A DNA stretch of 64,000 nucleotides from contig JAZUBQ010000008.1 of assembly GCA_045638525.1 (NCBI GenBank), positions 13,233 through 77,232 on the forward strand, given 5' to 3'. Below, piece by piece: positions 56,441 through 63,605 of the stretch. Within the stretch, counting starts at the first letter, position 1; each line of letters starts with the position of its first letter. The notes under the pieces are model-generated. The model made no database searches. It had not been told where the DNA came from and worked only from the letters and a program-made list of their open reading frames with translations. A program made the translations under genes and the position numbers. Origin of the DNA: Clostridia bacterium. GTDB lineage: Bacteria; Bacillota; Clostridia; UMGS1840.

Positions 56441-57876
56441 AATGATTTCACAACTTCTCTTTCATCAAATTCGATTTCGTAATCTTTAAATTTTTGCACC
56501 GTTTCGTGGCCTTTGCCCAACAAAAGGATGATGTCATTTTCTTCTGCCAGACTCATTGCCAGAGCAATGGCCTTTTTGCGGTCAGGCTCGGAATATACAT
56601 GGGTGCGGTCTGTAATCCCTGTAAAGATATCGTCAATAATGGCTTGCATATCTTCACTGCGGGGATTATCGCTGGTGACAACAACCAAATCGGAATACTG
56701 TTTGGCAATTGCACCCATTTTGGGACGTTTGCCTTTATCTCGGTCACCTCCGCAACCAAACACGGTGATGACACGGGCGGGTTTGAAGCCGTTTACGGTG
56801 GATAAAATGTTTTCCATGCCGTCCGGCGTGTGTGCATAGTCAATCATTACCTGATAGGGTTTATCGATTTCTACCAGTTCACATCTGCCTTTGACAGTTT
56901 TTGTTTTTTTCAGTGCCATCCGCACAAATCCGTCCGGAACCAAAAGTGCGCCGGACAGTGCACAGACTGCCAGAGAGTTGTATATTGAAAATCCGCCGGG
57001 AATGGGAAAATTGATGCGGAAAGGATCTTTTTCACACAACACGGTATACGATACACCGTCTGCACGGGACTCAATTTCGGTTGCCTGAAAGTCGCAGGCG
57101 TTGTTGATTCCGTATGTGATTACGGTGTTCGCAGCTTGTGCTTTCATCGTTTCGGCATAAGGACTGTCGGCATTGATGATAGAAATTTTACATTGACGGA
57201 AAAACTCTGCTTTGGTATTCGCGTAGTTTTCCATCGTAATATGATAGTCCAGATGATCCTGAGTCAAATTGGTGAATATCCCGATTTCAAACGGGATTGC
57301 AGCAACTCTGCCCAAGCTGATGGAATGAGAAGAAACTTCCATTACGGCAAAGTCGCAGTTTTCTTCTGCCATTTTTCCAAGATACGAGAACAGCTCCGGT
57401 GCTTCGGGAGTTGTGGCATTGGCAGGGTAGGAGGTTTTATCAATTACGATTTCGTTTGTGCCGATTAAACCTACTTTATAGCCGCAAACTTCCAGCATAT
57501 TTTTTACCAGATTTGTGGTTGTGGTTTTGCCGTTGGTTCCGGTAACTCCAACTATCCGAAGTTTTTTCTGGGGATTGTTGTAAAAAGCGGCAGACAAATA
57601 AGATAATGCAGAATTGGTGTTTTCCACCACCAGATTGATTGCCGAACCGGTTTCTGCCGGGCGTTCCGATACCACTGCAACTGCACCTTTTTGAATTGCG
57701 TCCTGAATATATTCATGACGGTCGGAACGGATTCCTTTGATGCACACAAACAAACTTCCTTCGGTGACTGTTCTGGTATCAAAGGAGATATTTTTGATTT
57801 CGGTTGCTTGTAAAATTTCGTCTGAATGGCTTTGCGAAAGTATTGTGATATGATTTCGTAATTCAGATAATAGCAT
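56431..57876 (-). CDS. murE: UDP-N-acetylmuramoyl-L-alanyl-D-glutamate--2,6-diaminopimelate ligase
   Basis: GVTGTNGKTTT, DYAHTPD, and the DNPR motif (VVTSDNPRSED) characteristic of meso-DAP-adding MurE. Confidence 0.9.
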   Translation of the reverse strand: MLLSELRNHITILSQSHSDEILQATEIKNISFDTRTVTEGSLFVCIKGIRSDRHEYIQDAIQKGAVAVVSERPAETGSAINLVVENTNSALSYLSAAFYNNPQKKLRIVGVTGTNGKTTTTNLVKNMLEVCGYKVGLIGTNEIVIDKTSYPANATTPEAPELFSYLGKMAEENCDFAVMEVSSHSISLGRVAAIPFEIGIFTNLTQDHLDYHITMENYANTKAEFFRQCKISIINADSPYAETMKAQAANTVITYGINNACDFQATEIESRADGVSYTVLCEKDPFRINFPIPGGFSIYNSLAVCALSGALLVPDGFVRMALKKTKTVKGRCELVEIDKPYQVMIDYAHTPDGMENILSTVNGFKPARVITVFGCGGDRDKGKRPKMGAIAKQYSDLVVVTSDNPRSEDMQAIIDDIFTGITDRTHVYSEPDRKKAIALAMSLAEENDIILLLGKGHETVQKFKDYEIEFDEREVVKSLCN

Positions 57877-57893
57877 GGTATTCCTCGACTTTC

Positions 57894-60089
57894 TTATTCG
57901 GACTGAGATTCGTTTTGATAAGAAAACTGGACGGTGATTTCAGAACCGATGGTGGCATATTCTCCGGAAGCGATGCTTTGCTCTTGTGCAACTGCATTCT
58001 GTGTGGTGTTTTCAATGCCAACGGCATGGAACTGGAATTTTGCGTTTTCTATGATGGCTTTGGCATCTTCAAAACTTTTTCCTATCACGTTGGGTACTTC
58101 CACACTGTTAGAGGGTCTGGCATCGCCGGTGTAGACAATCACGGTTCCGTTTCGTGCAATGATGACGCCGGCATTGGGAACTTGCGCTGTTACAACATTT
58201 CCGTCACCTTCCACAACACAGCGTAATCCGCTTTGAGAGATAATCTGACGTGCTTCGGACAGATTCATTCCGCCTACTGCAGGTACTTCAGCATCACTTT
58301 CAGCCATTTGATCACCGGGAAGTTCGGGTTCGATATCTAAGTAACGAAGAACATCGTCTAAAATTTTTCCTGCCAGAGGAGAAGCAATGGTACCACCCAT
58401 ATGGTTGCCTGCCGGCGGTTCATCCAACAGAAGTAAAATAGCAACCTGAGGGTCGTTTGCCGGAGCAATACCTGCGAAAGAGGCAACGTATTTTTGATTT
58501 CCACGCGGAATTTTTTCACTGGTACCGGTTTTTCCACCAATGCGGAAACCTTCCAGATAGGCTTTGTTACCGGTTCCTTCCGAAACTACGGCTTCCATTA
58601 AACCACGCATAATCTGAGAGGTCTGAGCAGACACCACCTGACGAACCTCGGTGGTATCAAAGGATTGAATCACTGTTCCGCTGGAATCGGTGATATTTTT
58701 GATTAAATGGGGTTTCAATAACTTTCCGTCATTGGCAACGGCACTGATTGCCGTAATCATTTGCAACGGAGTTACGGTGGGACCTTGCCCAAAGGATGCG
58801 GTTGCAAGTTCCACTTCGTTAAAGCTACCTTCGGGATAGAACTGACCGTTAGTTTCGCCATACAGTTCAATTCCTGTTTTTTCGGTGAAGCCAAAACCTT
58901 TGTAGTAGTTGTAGAAGGTTTTTTGACCAATTCTTGCGCCGATTTGCATAAATGCGGGGTTACAGGAGTTCATTAACGCTCCGGTCAGATCCAGAGTTCC
59001 GTGTCCGGCAGCTTTCCAACAACCGATGTGTACGTTTGCTACTGTATGACTTCCGGTGCAGTTGAATCCATCTTGCAGAGATACCACGTTTTCTTCCAAT
59101 GCCATAGCAGAGGTGATGATTTTAAAGGTGGAACCGGGTTCGTAGCTGTCAACTACAGCTTTGTTTCTCCAAAGTTTGTTAAGATATTCGTTGGTAGCTT
59201 TGCTTTTTTCTTCCGCATCACTGATTGCTTCGATTGAGCGTTTTATGGAAATGTCGGTAATTTCAAAAGGCTCGTTCAGATTAAAGTCAGGCTTGGTTGC
59301 CATTGCCAGAATTTCTCCGGTTTTCACATCCATAATGATGCCGGCAGCACCGTTTGCCAGTTGTAAATCGGTCAACGCCTGCTCCAGATGTTTTTCCAGG
59401 AAATGCTGGATGGAAACATCGATGGTTAATGTGATATCTGAGCCGTCTTCGGGGGTATAGTAACGGTCATATTTGTAGGGCATTTCGGTCCCGTCAGCAT
59501 TTCTTGCGGTAACAATTCTGCCGTACTGACCTTTTAATGTGCTGTCATACACCTGCTCGATTCCAAGTAACCCCTGGTTATCTGCTCCTGTAAATCCGAT
59601 GATATGAGAAGCAATGTTGTTGTAGGGGTAGTATCGTTTGGTATCGGCATCCAGATATACACCTGTCAGTTTTGCTTCACGAATTGCATCTGCCTGTTCT
59701 TTTTCCACTTTTCGCTTAATGAGAACGTAAGAGGTGTTCATCTGGATTTTTTCCAGAATGGAATCTTTTTCTAAATCTAAAATTTCTGCCAGTTTTTCAG
59801 CACAGGTCAGGGGGTCGCCGTCGGAACGTACGGTAATGGGAGAGATGCTGACGGTTTCCACATCTGCACTGACAGCCAACTGTTTTCCGTTACGGTCGTA
59901 AATGGTGCCTCGTTTTGCGTTAATCATACGGTCTCTGGTTTGTTGTTCGATGGCTTCTTTTGACAACCATTCCCCATCTACAAACTGGATGATGGAAATT
60001 CGCACCACAAAAAAAACAAAGCAGAGTAACAGAAGACCGCTCAGCCATAAAATTCGTTTTTTTGTTTTTAATAAACTGTTCTTTTTCAT
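57894..60089 (-). CDS. Class B penicillin-binding protein (FtsI/PBP2B/SpoVD-like) with two C-terminal PASTA domains
   Basis: An N-terminal TM, a dimerisation domain, transpeptidase motifs STFK, SCN and KTGT, then two PASTA-like repeats (VPAVGGMNLSEARQII...; VPNVIGKSFEDAKAII...). Confidence 0.9.
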   Translation of the reverse strand: MKKNSLLKTKKRILWLSGLLLLCFVFFVVRISIIQFVDGEWLSKEAIEQQTRDRMINAKRGTIYDRNGKQLAVSADVETVSISPITVRSDGDPLTCAEKLAEILDLEKDSILEKIQMNTSYVLIKRKVEKEQADAIREAKLTGVYLDADTKRYYPYNNIASHIIGFTGADNQGLLGIEQVYDSTLKGQYGRIVTARNADGTEMPYKYDRYYTPEDGSDITLTIDVSIQHFLEKHLEQALTDLQLANGAAGIIMDVKTGEILAMATKPDFNLNEPFEITDISIKRSIEAISDAEEKSKATNEYLNKLWRNKAVVDSYEPGSTFKIITSAMALEENVVSLQDGFNCTGSHTVANVHIGCWKAAGHGTLDLTGALMNSCNPAFMQIGARIGQKTFYNYYKGFGFTEKTGIELYGETNGQFYPEGSFNEVELATASFGQGPTVTPLQMITAISAVANDGKLLKPHLIKNITDSSGTVIQSFDTTEVRQVVSAQTSQIMRGLMEAVVSEGTGNKAYLEGFRIGGKTGTSEKIPRGNQKYVASFAGIAPANDPQVAILLLLDEPPAGNHMGGTIASPLAGKILDDVLRYLDIEPELPGDQMAESDAEVPAVGGMNLSEARQIISQSGLRCVVEGDGNVVTAQVPNAGVIIARNGTVIVYTGDARPSNSVEVPNVIGKSFEDAKAIIENAKFQFHAVGIENTTQNAVAQEQSIASGEYATIGSEITVQFSYQNESQSE

Positions 60090-60177
60090 GGGATTCCTTC
60101 CTTTTTACAGAGGAAAATTTAGAGGGAATATATGGAAAATTGAGGAATGAACTCATCCCTCAATCTATCCTATTCTT

Positions 60178-60645
60178 CTATTCTTCCAAATATGCCAGCA
60201 GACCATTTTGCACATGGATTTTTTTGGAGTTATCTTCTTCTTTGGGAGCAGTTTTTGCCATTACCCCATAGTCTTGTCCTTTCACATCAATGTACACAAT
60301 CTGTTCACTTCTTGCCCGATTCATATTGTAACTTGCGATGGCAAGTTCTTCCACGGTTTTTAAATCAATTTTCTGATTGATTTCAATTTCTTTTTTCTTA
60401 TTGGCAGAATAGAGTTCTGCATATTCGGCTTTTAATGAGGCGTTCTTTTTACTTTGTTCTGTAATTTGCACATTTTGCAGGATTAATGAAATCCCGCCCA
60501 GAATGAAAAATGCAATCACAACTGCAATTCGCAGATGACTCATACGTTTTTCTTTTGCCCGTCTTTTTTCAATGACAGGTCTGATATCATGCATCAGAGC
60601 TTCTCTTTTTCGCTTGCTCTGATACGCAAGATTTTGCTGTGCCAT
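60178..60645 (-). CDS. ftsL: FtsL-like septum formation protein (bitopic, coiled coil)
   Basis: 155 aa with a basic N-terminus, a single TM (LRIAVVIAFFILGGISLILQNV) and a heptad-rich segment, at the canonical position between rsmH and the PBP. RBS AAAGGAGG. Confidence 0.6.
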   Translation of the reverse strand: MAQQNLAYQSKRKREALMHDIRPVIEKRRAKEKRMSHLRIAVVIAFFILGGISLILQNVQITEQSKKNASLKAEYAELYSANKKKEIEINQKIDLKTVEELAIASYNMNRARSEQIVYIDVKGQDYGVMAKTAPKEEDNSKKIHVQNGLLAYLEE

Positions 60646-60686
60646 AATACGCCTCCTTTACATATAATATAATAAGAAAAGAAAAA

Positions 60687-61607
60687 TTATAACTTTTCTA
60701 TAATTCTTAGTTTTGCGGATTTGCTTCTTGGGTTTTCTTCCATCTCTTGTTCGGTGGGAAGAATGGGTTTTCTGGTAATGATTTTTGCCAACGGTTTTTT
60801 GTTGCAAACACAAACGGGAAATTCCGGCGGACAAGTGCAAACATTTACCAGACTTTTAAAATATTCCTTCACAATTCTGTCTTCTAAAGAATGAAAGGTG
60901 ATGATGCACATTCTGCCACCCGGCTTTAACAGAGAGAAAAAGCTCTCCAACCCTTGCTTTAAGGAATCCAGCTCGGTATTTACTTCAATCCGGATTGCCT
61001 GAAAGGTTCGTTTGGCGGGATGCTTTTCCCGAAGGCTTTTCTGTGGCATGGACCGACGAATAATTTCAATCAGTTCCCCGGTGGTTTCAATCGGTTTGAT
61101 TTCTCTTTGCTTTACAATGTTTTGTGCGATACTTTTTGCAAACTTTTCTTCTCCGTAAGTGGAAAGGATGTAGGTTAACTGCTGCGGAGTGTAGGTGTTA
61201 ACCACTGTTTTTGCACAAAGAGGGGAAGAACGGTCCATTCGCATATCCAAAACGGCATCTTCCCGATAGGAAAATCCACGCTCTTTGTTATCCAGCTGAT
61301 AGGACGAAACACCCAAATCGGCTAAAATACCGTCCACGGGTTCGGTGACATAATCTTTGATATTACGAAAGTCCGAACGGATGAACTGTTTTTGACAGAT
61401 GGTATCTTCCAATCTTTGTTTCGCAACAACAAAAGCTTCTTCGTCACGGTCCACTCCGATGAATTTGCCTTGCTCGGACAACTGATTGCAAATGTGACGG
61501 GAATGTCCTGCGCCTCCCATTGTGGCATCTACATAAGTGCCGTCAGGAGAAATGGCAAGACCTTCGATACATTCGTTTAGCAAAATGCTTACATGTTTGA
61601 ATTCCAT
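60687..61607 (-). CDS. rsmH: 16S rRNA (cytosine1402-N4)-methyltransferase
   Basis: HVSILLNE, DATMGGAGHS, DLGVSSYQLD and FHSLEDR. The ATG at 61607 is preferred; the TTG at 61622 would overlap mraZ. Confidence 0.9.
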   Translation of the reverse strand: MEFKHVSILLNECIEGLAISPDGTYVDATMGGAGHSRHICNQLSEQGKFIGVDRDEEAFVVAKQRLEDTICQKQFIRSDFRNIKDYVTEPVDGILADLGVSSYQLDNKERGFSYREDAVLDMRMDRSSPLCAKTVVNTYTPQQLTYILSTYGEEKFAKSIAQNIVKQREIKPIETTGELIEIIRRSMPQKSLREKHPAKRTFQAIRIEVNTELDSLKQGLESFFSLLKPGGRMCIITFHSLEDRIVKEYFKSLVNVCTCPPEFPVCVCNKKPLAKIITRKPILPTEQEMEENPRSKSAKLRIIEKL

Positions 61608-61611
61608 AAAA

Positions 61612-62040
61612 CTAAATTCCAAAAATATCTAAAATTTCAGACAGTTTCTGAGGTTCTTCTTCAGTCTGTCGTTCATATTTTTCGTATTCCATAACATCCC
61701 AGATTTCAATTCGGCTGGAAGCACCGGCAATGATGATATCCTTGTTTAATCCGGCAAAATCCCGAAGATCCGGCGGAATTACGAAACGACCTTGCTTATC
61801 GGCAGAGACAAGCTCGGTGTGATTGAAAATATAACGCTGAATACGTCCGCCGTCGTTAGAAATGGGAAGTGCTTTGATTTTTGCTTCCAATTCGTGATAC
61901 CCTTCCTGGGTGTAGACAAACAGGCACTTTTCAAACCCACGCAGCACAAAAAAACTTTCACCCAAATTCTCCCGATATTTCGATGGAAGTATGACTCTGC
62001 CCTTGGCATCTATGGTATGTTTCGCCTGTCCGTAAAACAT
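61612..62040 (-). CDS. mraZ: Transcriptional regulator MraZ
   Basis: MFYGQAKHTIDAKGRVILPSKYRE and a second DKQGRFVIP repeat (two SpoVT/AbrB-like halves). RBS GAGGTAGG. Confidence 0.9.
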   Translation of the reverse strand: MFYGQAKHTIDAKGRVILPSKYRENLGESFFVLRGFEKCLFVYTQEGYHELEAKIKALPISNDGGRIQRYIFNHTELVSADKQGRFVIPPDLRDFAGLNKDIIIAGASSRIEIWDVMEYEKYERQTEEEPQKLSEILDIFGI

Positions 62041-62143
62041 AACCTACCTCGTGTTTTCTGTGGATTTTCGTTTGTAAAAAAGAGTTTGATGGGAAAAATG
62101 AGAAGTTTTCCACAAAAAAATGGAATTTTCAACATGAATTCCA

Positions 62144-62179
62144 CCACTTTGTGGATTTTTGTTCCACTTCACCCCACTT
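62144..62179 (-). promoter_or_regulatory. Putative MraZ operator: phased AAGTGG boxes
   Basis: Minus strand reads AAGTGGGGTG AAGTGGAACA AAAATCCACA AAGTGGTGG. CCACTT on the plus strand occurs at 62144-62149, 62164-62169 and 62174-62179, so the spacing is 10 and 20 bp. The boxes lie just downstream of the predicted -10. Confidence 0.5.
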
Positions 62180-62187
62180 TTATATAC

Positions 62188-62215
62188 ATTTTAACATATT
62201 TTTTGAAAAAATCAA
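62188..62215 (-). promoter_or_regulatory. Putative dcw/mraZ promoter (Pmra)
   Basis: Minus strand: TTGATT (62215-62210), a 16-nt spacer, then TGtTAAAAT (extended -10, hexamer 62193-62188). Confidence 0.45.
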
Positions 62216-62356
62216 GTATTTTTCTTAAATTTATTGAAATTTTTTTAAATTTTGATTACAAAAGATGATCAGGGTGGGAGAGAGGTGCCAAAATGCCCTC
62301 TGTTATCAAGAAAAATAAAAAAATTCAGAAAAAAATAAAAAAATTGAAAAAAAGTA

Positions 62357-62385
62357 TTGACAAATCGAAAATGTTCTGCTATAAT
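62357..62385 (+). promoter_or_regulatory. Consensus sigma-A promoter for tRNA-Val, preceded by A-tract UP-like repeats
   Basis: TTGACA (62357-62362), a 17-nt spacer, then TATAAT (62380-62385). Two tandem A-rich ~18-nt repeats lie at 62309-62345. Confidence 0.65.
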
Positions 62386-62417
62386 AGCCAATGCTTGAAG
62401 AAAGCAACAACCCGTGT

Positions 62418-62493
62418 GGGAGCATAGCTCAGCTGGGAGAGCATCTGCCTTACAAGCAGAGGGTCATAGGTTCGAGCCCTATTGTTCCCACCA
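62418..62493 (+). tRNA. tRNA-Val (anticodon UAC), CCA encoded
   Basis: Manual cloverleaf: acceptor GGGAGCA/TGTTCCC, D-arm GCTC-AGCTGGGA-GAGC, anticodon arm TCTGC-CTTACAA-GCAGA (TAC), variable loop GGGTC, T-arm ATAGG-TTCGAGC-CCTAT, discriminator A, then CCA. Confidence 0.9.
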
Positions 62494-62494
62494 G

Positions 62495-62533
62495 AAAAAA
62501 GCACCAAGCTTGTATCAAGATTGGTGCTTTTTT
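62495..62533 (+). terminator. Rho-independent terminator after tRNA-Val
   Basis: AAAAAAGCACCAA...TTGGTGCTTTTTT. Confidence 0.8.
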
Positions 62534-62554
62534 CAACGAAATACACTTTCAGCG

Positions 62555-62661
62555 TGTGAAATAATACTATCGCATTGTGAAATAGCTTCGCTGTGAAATA
62601 TTTGCTTCGCAAATGTTAAAGGCGTATTTCATTTCACATCAAGCATTGCTTGATATTTCAC
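62555..62661. repeat. Array of TGTGAAATA motifs (3 direct, 2-3 inverted) interleaved with short palindromes
   Basis: TGTGAAATA occurs at 62555-63, 62576-84 and 62592-600. The reverse complement (TATTTCA / ATTTCACA / TATTTCAC) occurs at 62625-31, 62631-38 and 62654-61. Palindromes are ATTTGC-TTC-GCAAAT (62599-62613) and TCAAGCA-T-TGCTTGA (62639-62653). Confidence 0.55.
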
Positions 62662-62716
62662 TTATAGACAATTTGCATTATATATACTACAATTTATATT
62701 AAGAAGTTGATATAAT

Positions 62717-63067
62717 ATGGCTGAATCAAAATTAAGAAATCAGTCAGTTGAGTTTTCTGTTAAAATAATTAAATTATGTGAAAATATCAAAGGACACTAT
62801 TCTCTAACCAATCAATTTGAGCGTAGTGCTACTTCCATTGGAGCAAATATTCACGAAGCGAATTATGCCCAAAGCAAAAACGATTTTATTTCCAAACTAC
62901 AAATAGCTCTAAAAGAATGTTACGAAACGGAGTATTGGTTGGAATTGTTTGTGAAATCCGAATTATTGGACAGAGATGTAGCAAAGAATATTTGTAACGA
63001 TTGCGGAACAATCCGCAAAATGCTTATTTCCTCCATCAACACAGCAAAACAAAATATTGATAAATAA
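62717..63067 (+). CDS. Four-helix-bundle protein (23S rRNA intervening-sequence protein family)
   Basis: 116 aa; FERSATSIGANIHEANYAQSKNDFISKLQIALKECYETEYWLEL is the typical signature of this family. Confidence 0.8.
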   Translation: MAESKLRNQSVEFSVKIIKLCENIKGHYSLTNQFERSATSIGANIHEANYAQSKNDFISKLQIALKECYETEYWLELFVKSELLDRDVAKNICNDCGTIRKMLISSINTAKQNIDK

Positions 63068-63070
63068 TTT

Positions 63071-63095
63071 AACTGCCCATTATGGCAGTTTTTTC
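63071..63095 (+). terminator. Rho-independent terminator
   Basis: AACTGCC-CATTAT-GGCAGTT followed by TTTTT. Confidence 0.7.
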
Positions 63096-63150
63096 TTGCA
63101 TTTTTTTCTGATGTGTAGTATACTGAAATTGCGACATAAATCTTAATAAT

Positions 63151-63294
63151 TTGACTTATCTCATACCTGTAGCACAGACAGTAGTTGCAGTATCAAATGC
63201 CGACGAACTCAAGAAATACAAAGAATTACTTGATAGCGGTGTTATTACACAAGAAGATTTTGACTCCAAGAAAAAACAATTGTTAGGGTTATGA
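63151..63294 (+). pseudogene. SHOCT-domain remnant (C-terminal ~30 aa of a SHOCT protein; no credible N-terminal part)
   Basis: This frame encodes ...VVAVSNADELKKYKELLDSGVITQEDFDSKKKQLLGL*, which fits the SHOCT consensus (eLkkLkeLlDsGvIteeEFe.kKkkLL). There is an in-frame TGA at 63124, only a TTG at 63151, and no RBS. Confidence 0.45.
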
Positions 63295-63374
63295 ATAAGA
63301 TTATTTCACAGTAAAATAATCTATTGCAGTTTGCACCTGCTTTATGCTCGTATTAAAAATAACCATTAGTGCCA

Positions 63375-63417
63375 GAAAAAAGGACAAATTTCGTTATTGA
63401 AGTTTGTCCTTTTTTTA
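63375..63417 (+). terminator. Rho-independent terminator (no intact gene immediately upstream)
   Basis: AAAAAAGGACAAA...TTTGTCCTTTTTTT. Confidence 0.65.
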
Positions 63418-63480
63418 GCTGAATTTTCGTTCCGCCAGTTAAGTTGAGCTAATATATAAAATAAATTTGTTATTTTTTAC

Positions 63481-63515
63481 AAAAGTGTACCGAACTTTTT
63501 TGGTACGCTTTTTTT
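63481..63515. terminator. Second orphan terminator-like hairpin
   Basis: AAAAGTGTACC-GAACTTTTTT-GGTACGCTTTTTTT (one G-U pair). Confidence 0.55.
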
Positions 63516-63526
63516 GATGAAAACTA

Positions 63527-63555
63527 TTTACAAAAATATGGGAATATGATATGAT
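63527..63555 (+). promoter_or_regulatory. Possible promoter for the LRR protein gene
   Basis: TTTACA (63527-63532), a 17-nt spacer, then TATGAT (63550-63555). The context is AT-rich, so specificity is low. Confidence 0.35.
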
Positions 63556-63605
63556 AATATAAATTATGCGCTTAATGTTCAAATATTTAGTTGGAGGAAC
63601 AAACT

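Noticed and set aside
61792-62268. 158-aa plus-strand ORF spanning mraZ and its promoter region.
   Set aside because: It is antisense to mraZ and runs through the AT-rich promoter and operator. It has no RBS and its sequence is not protein-like.
62309-62345. Tandem repeats considered as a possible mini CRISPR or iteron array.
   Set aside because: There are only two A-rich 17-18-nt copies with a 2-nt gap, located directly upstream of a -35 box. This fits an UP element, not repeat-spacer architecture.
62379-62612. ORFs of 77 aa (minus strand) and 60 aa (plus strand) overlapping tRNA-Val.
   Set aside because: The region folds into a complete tRNA cloverleaf with its own promoter and terminator. 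The ORFs are artefacts of reading through the tRNA.
63429-63438. Possible att-type direct repeat of the tRNA 3' end: GTTCCGCCAG versus GTTCCCACCAG at 62484-62494.
   Set aside because: It is only a 9-10-nt imperfect match needing an indel, which is well within chance expectation. It is not enough to define element boundaries.
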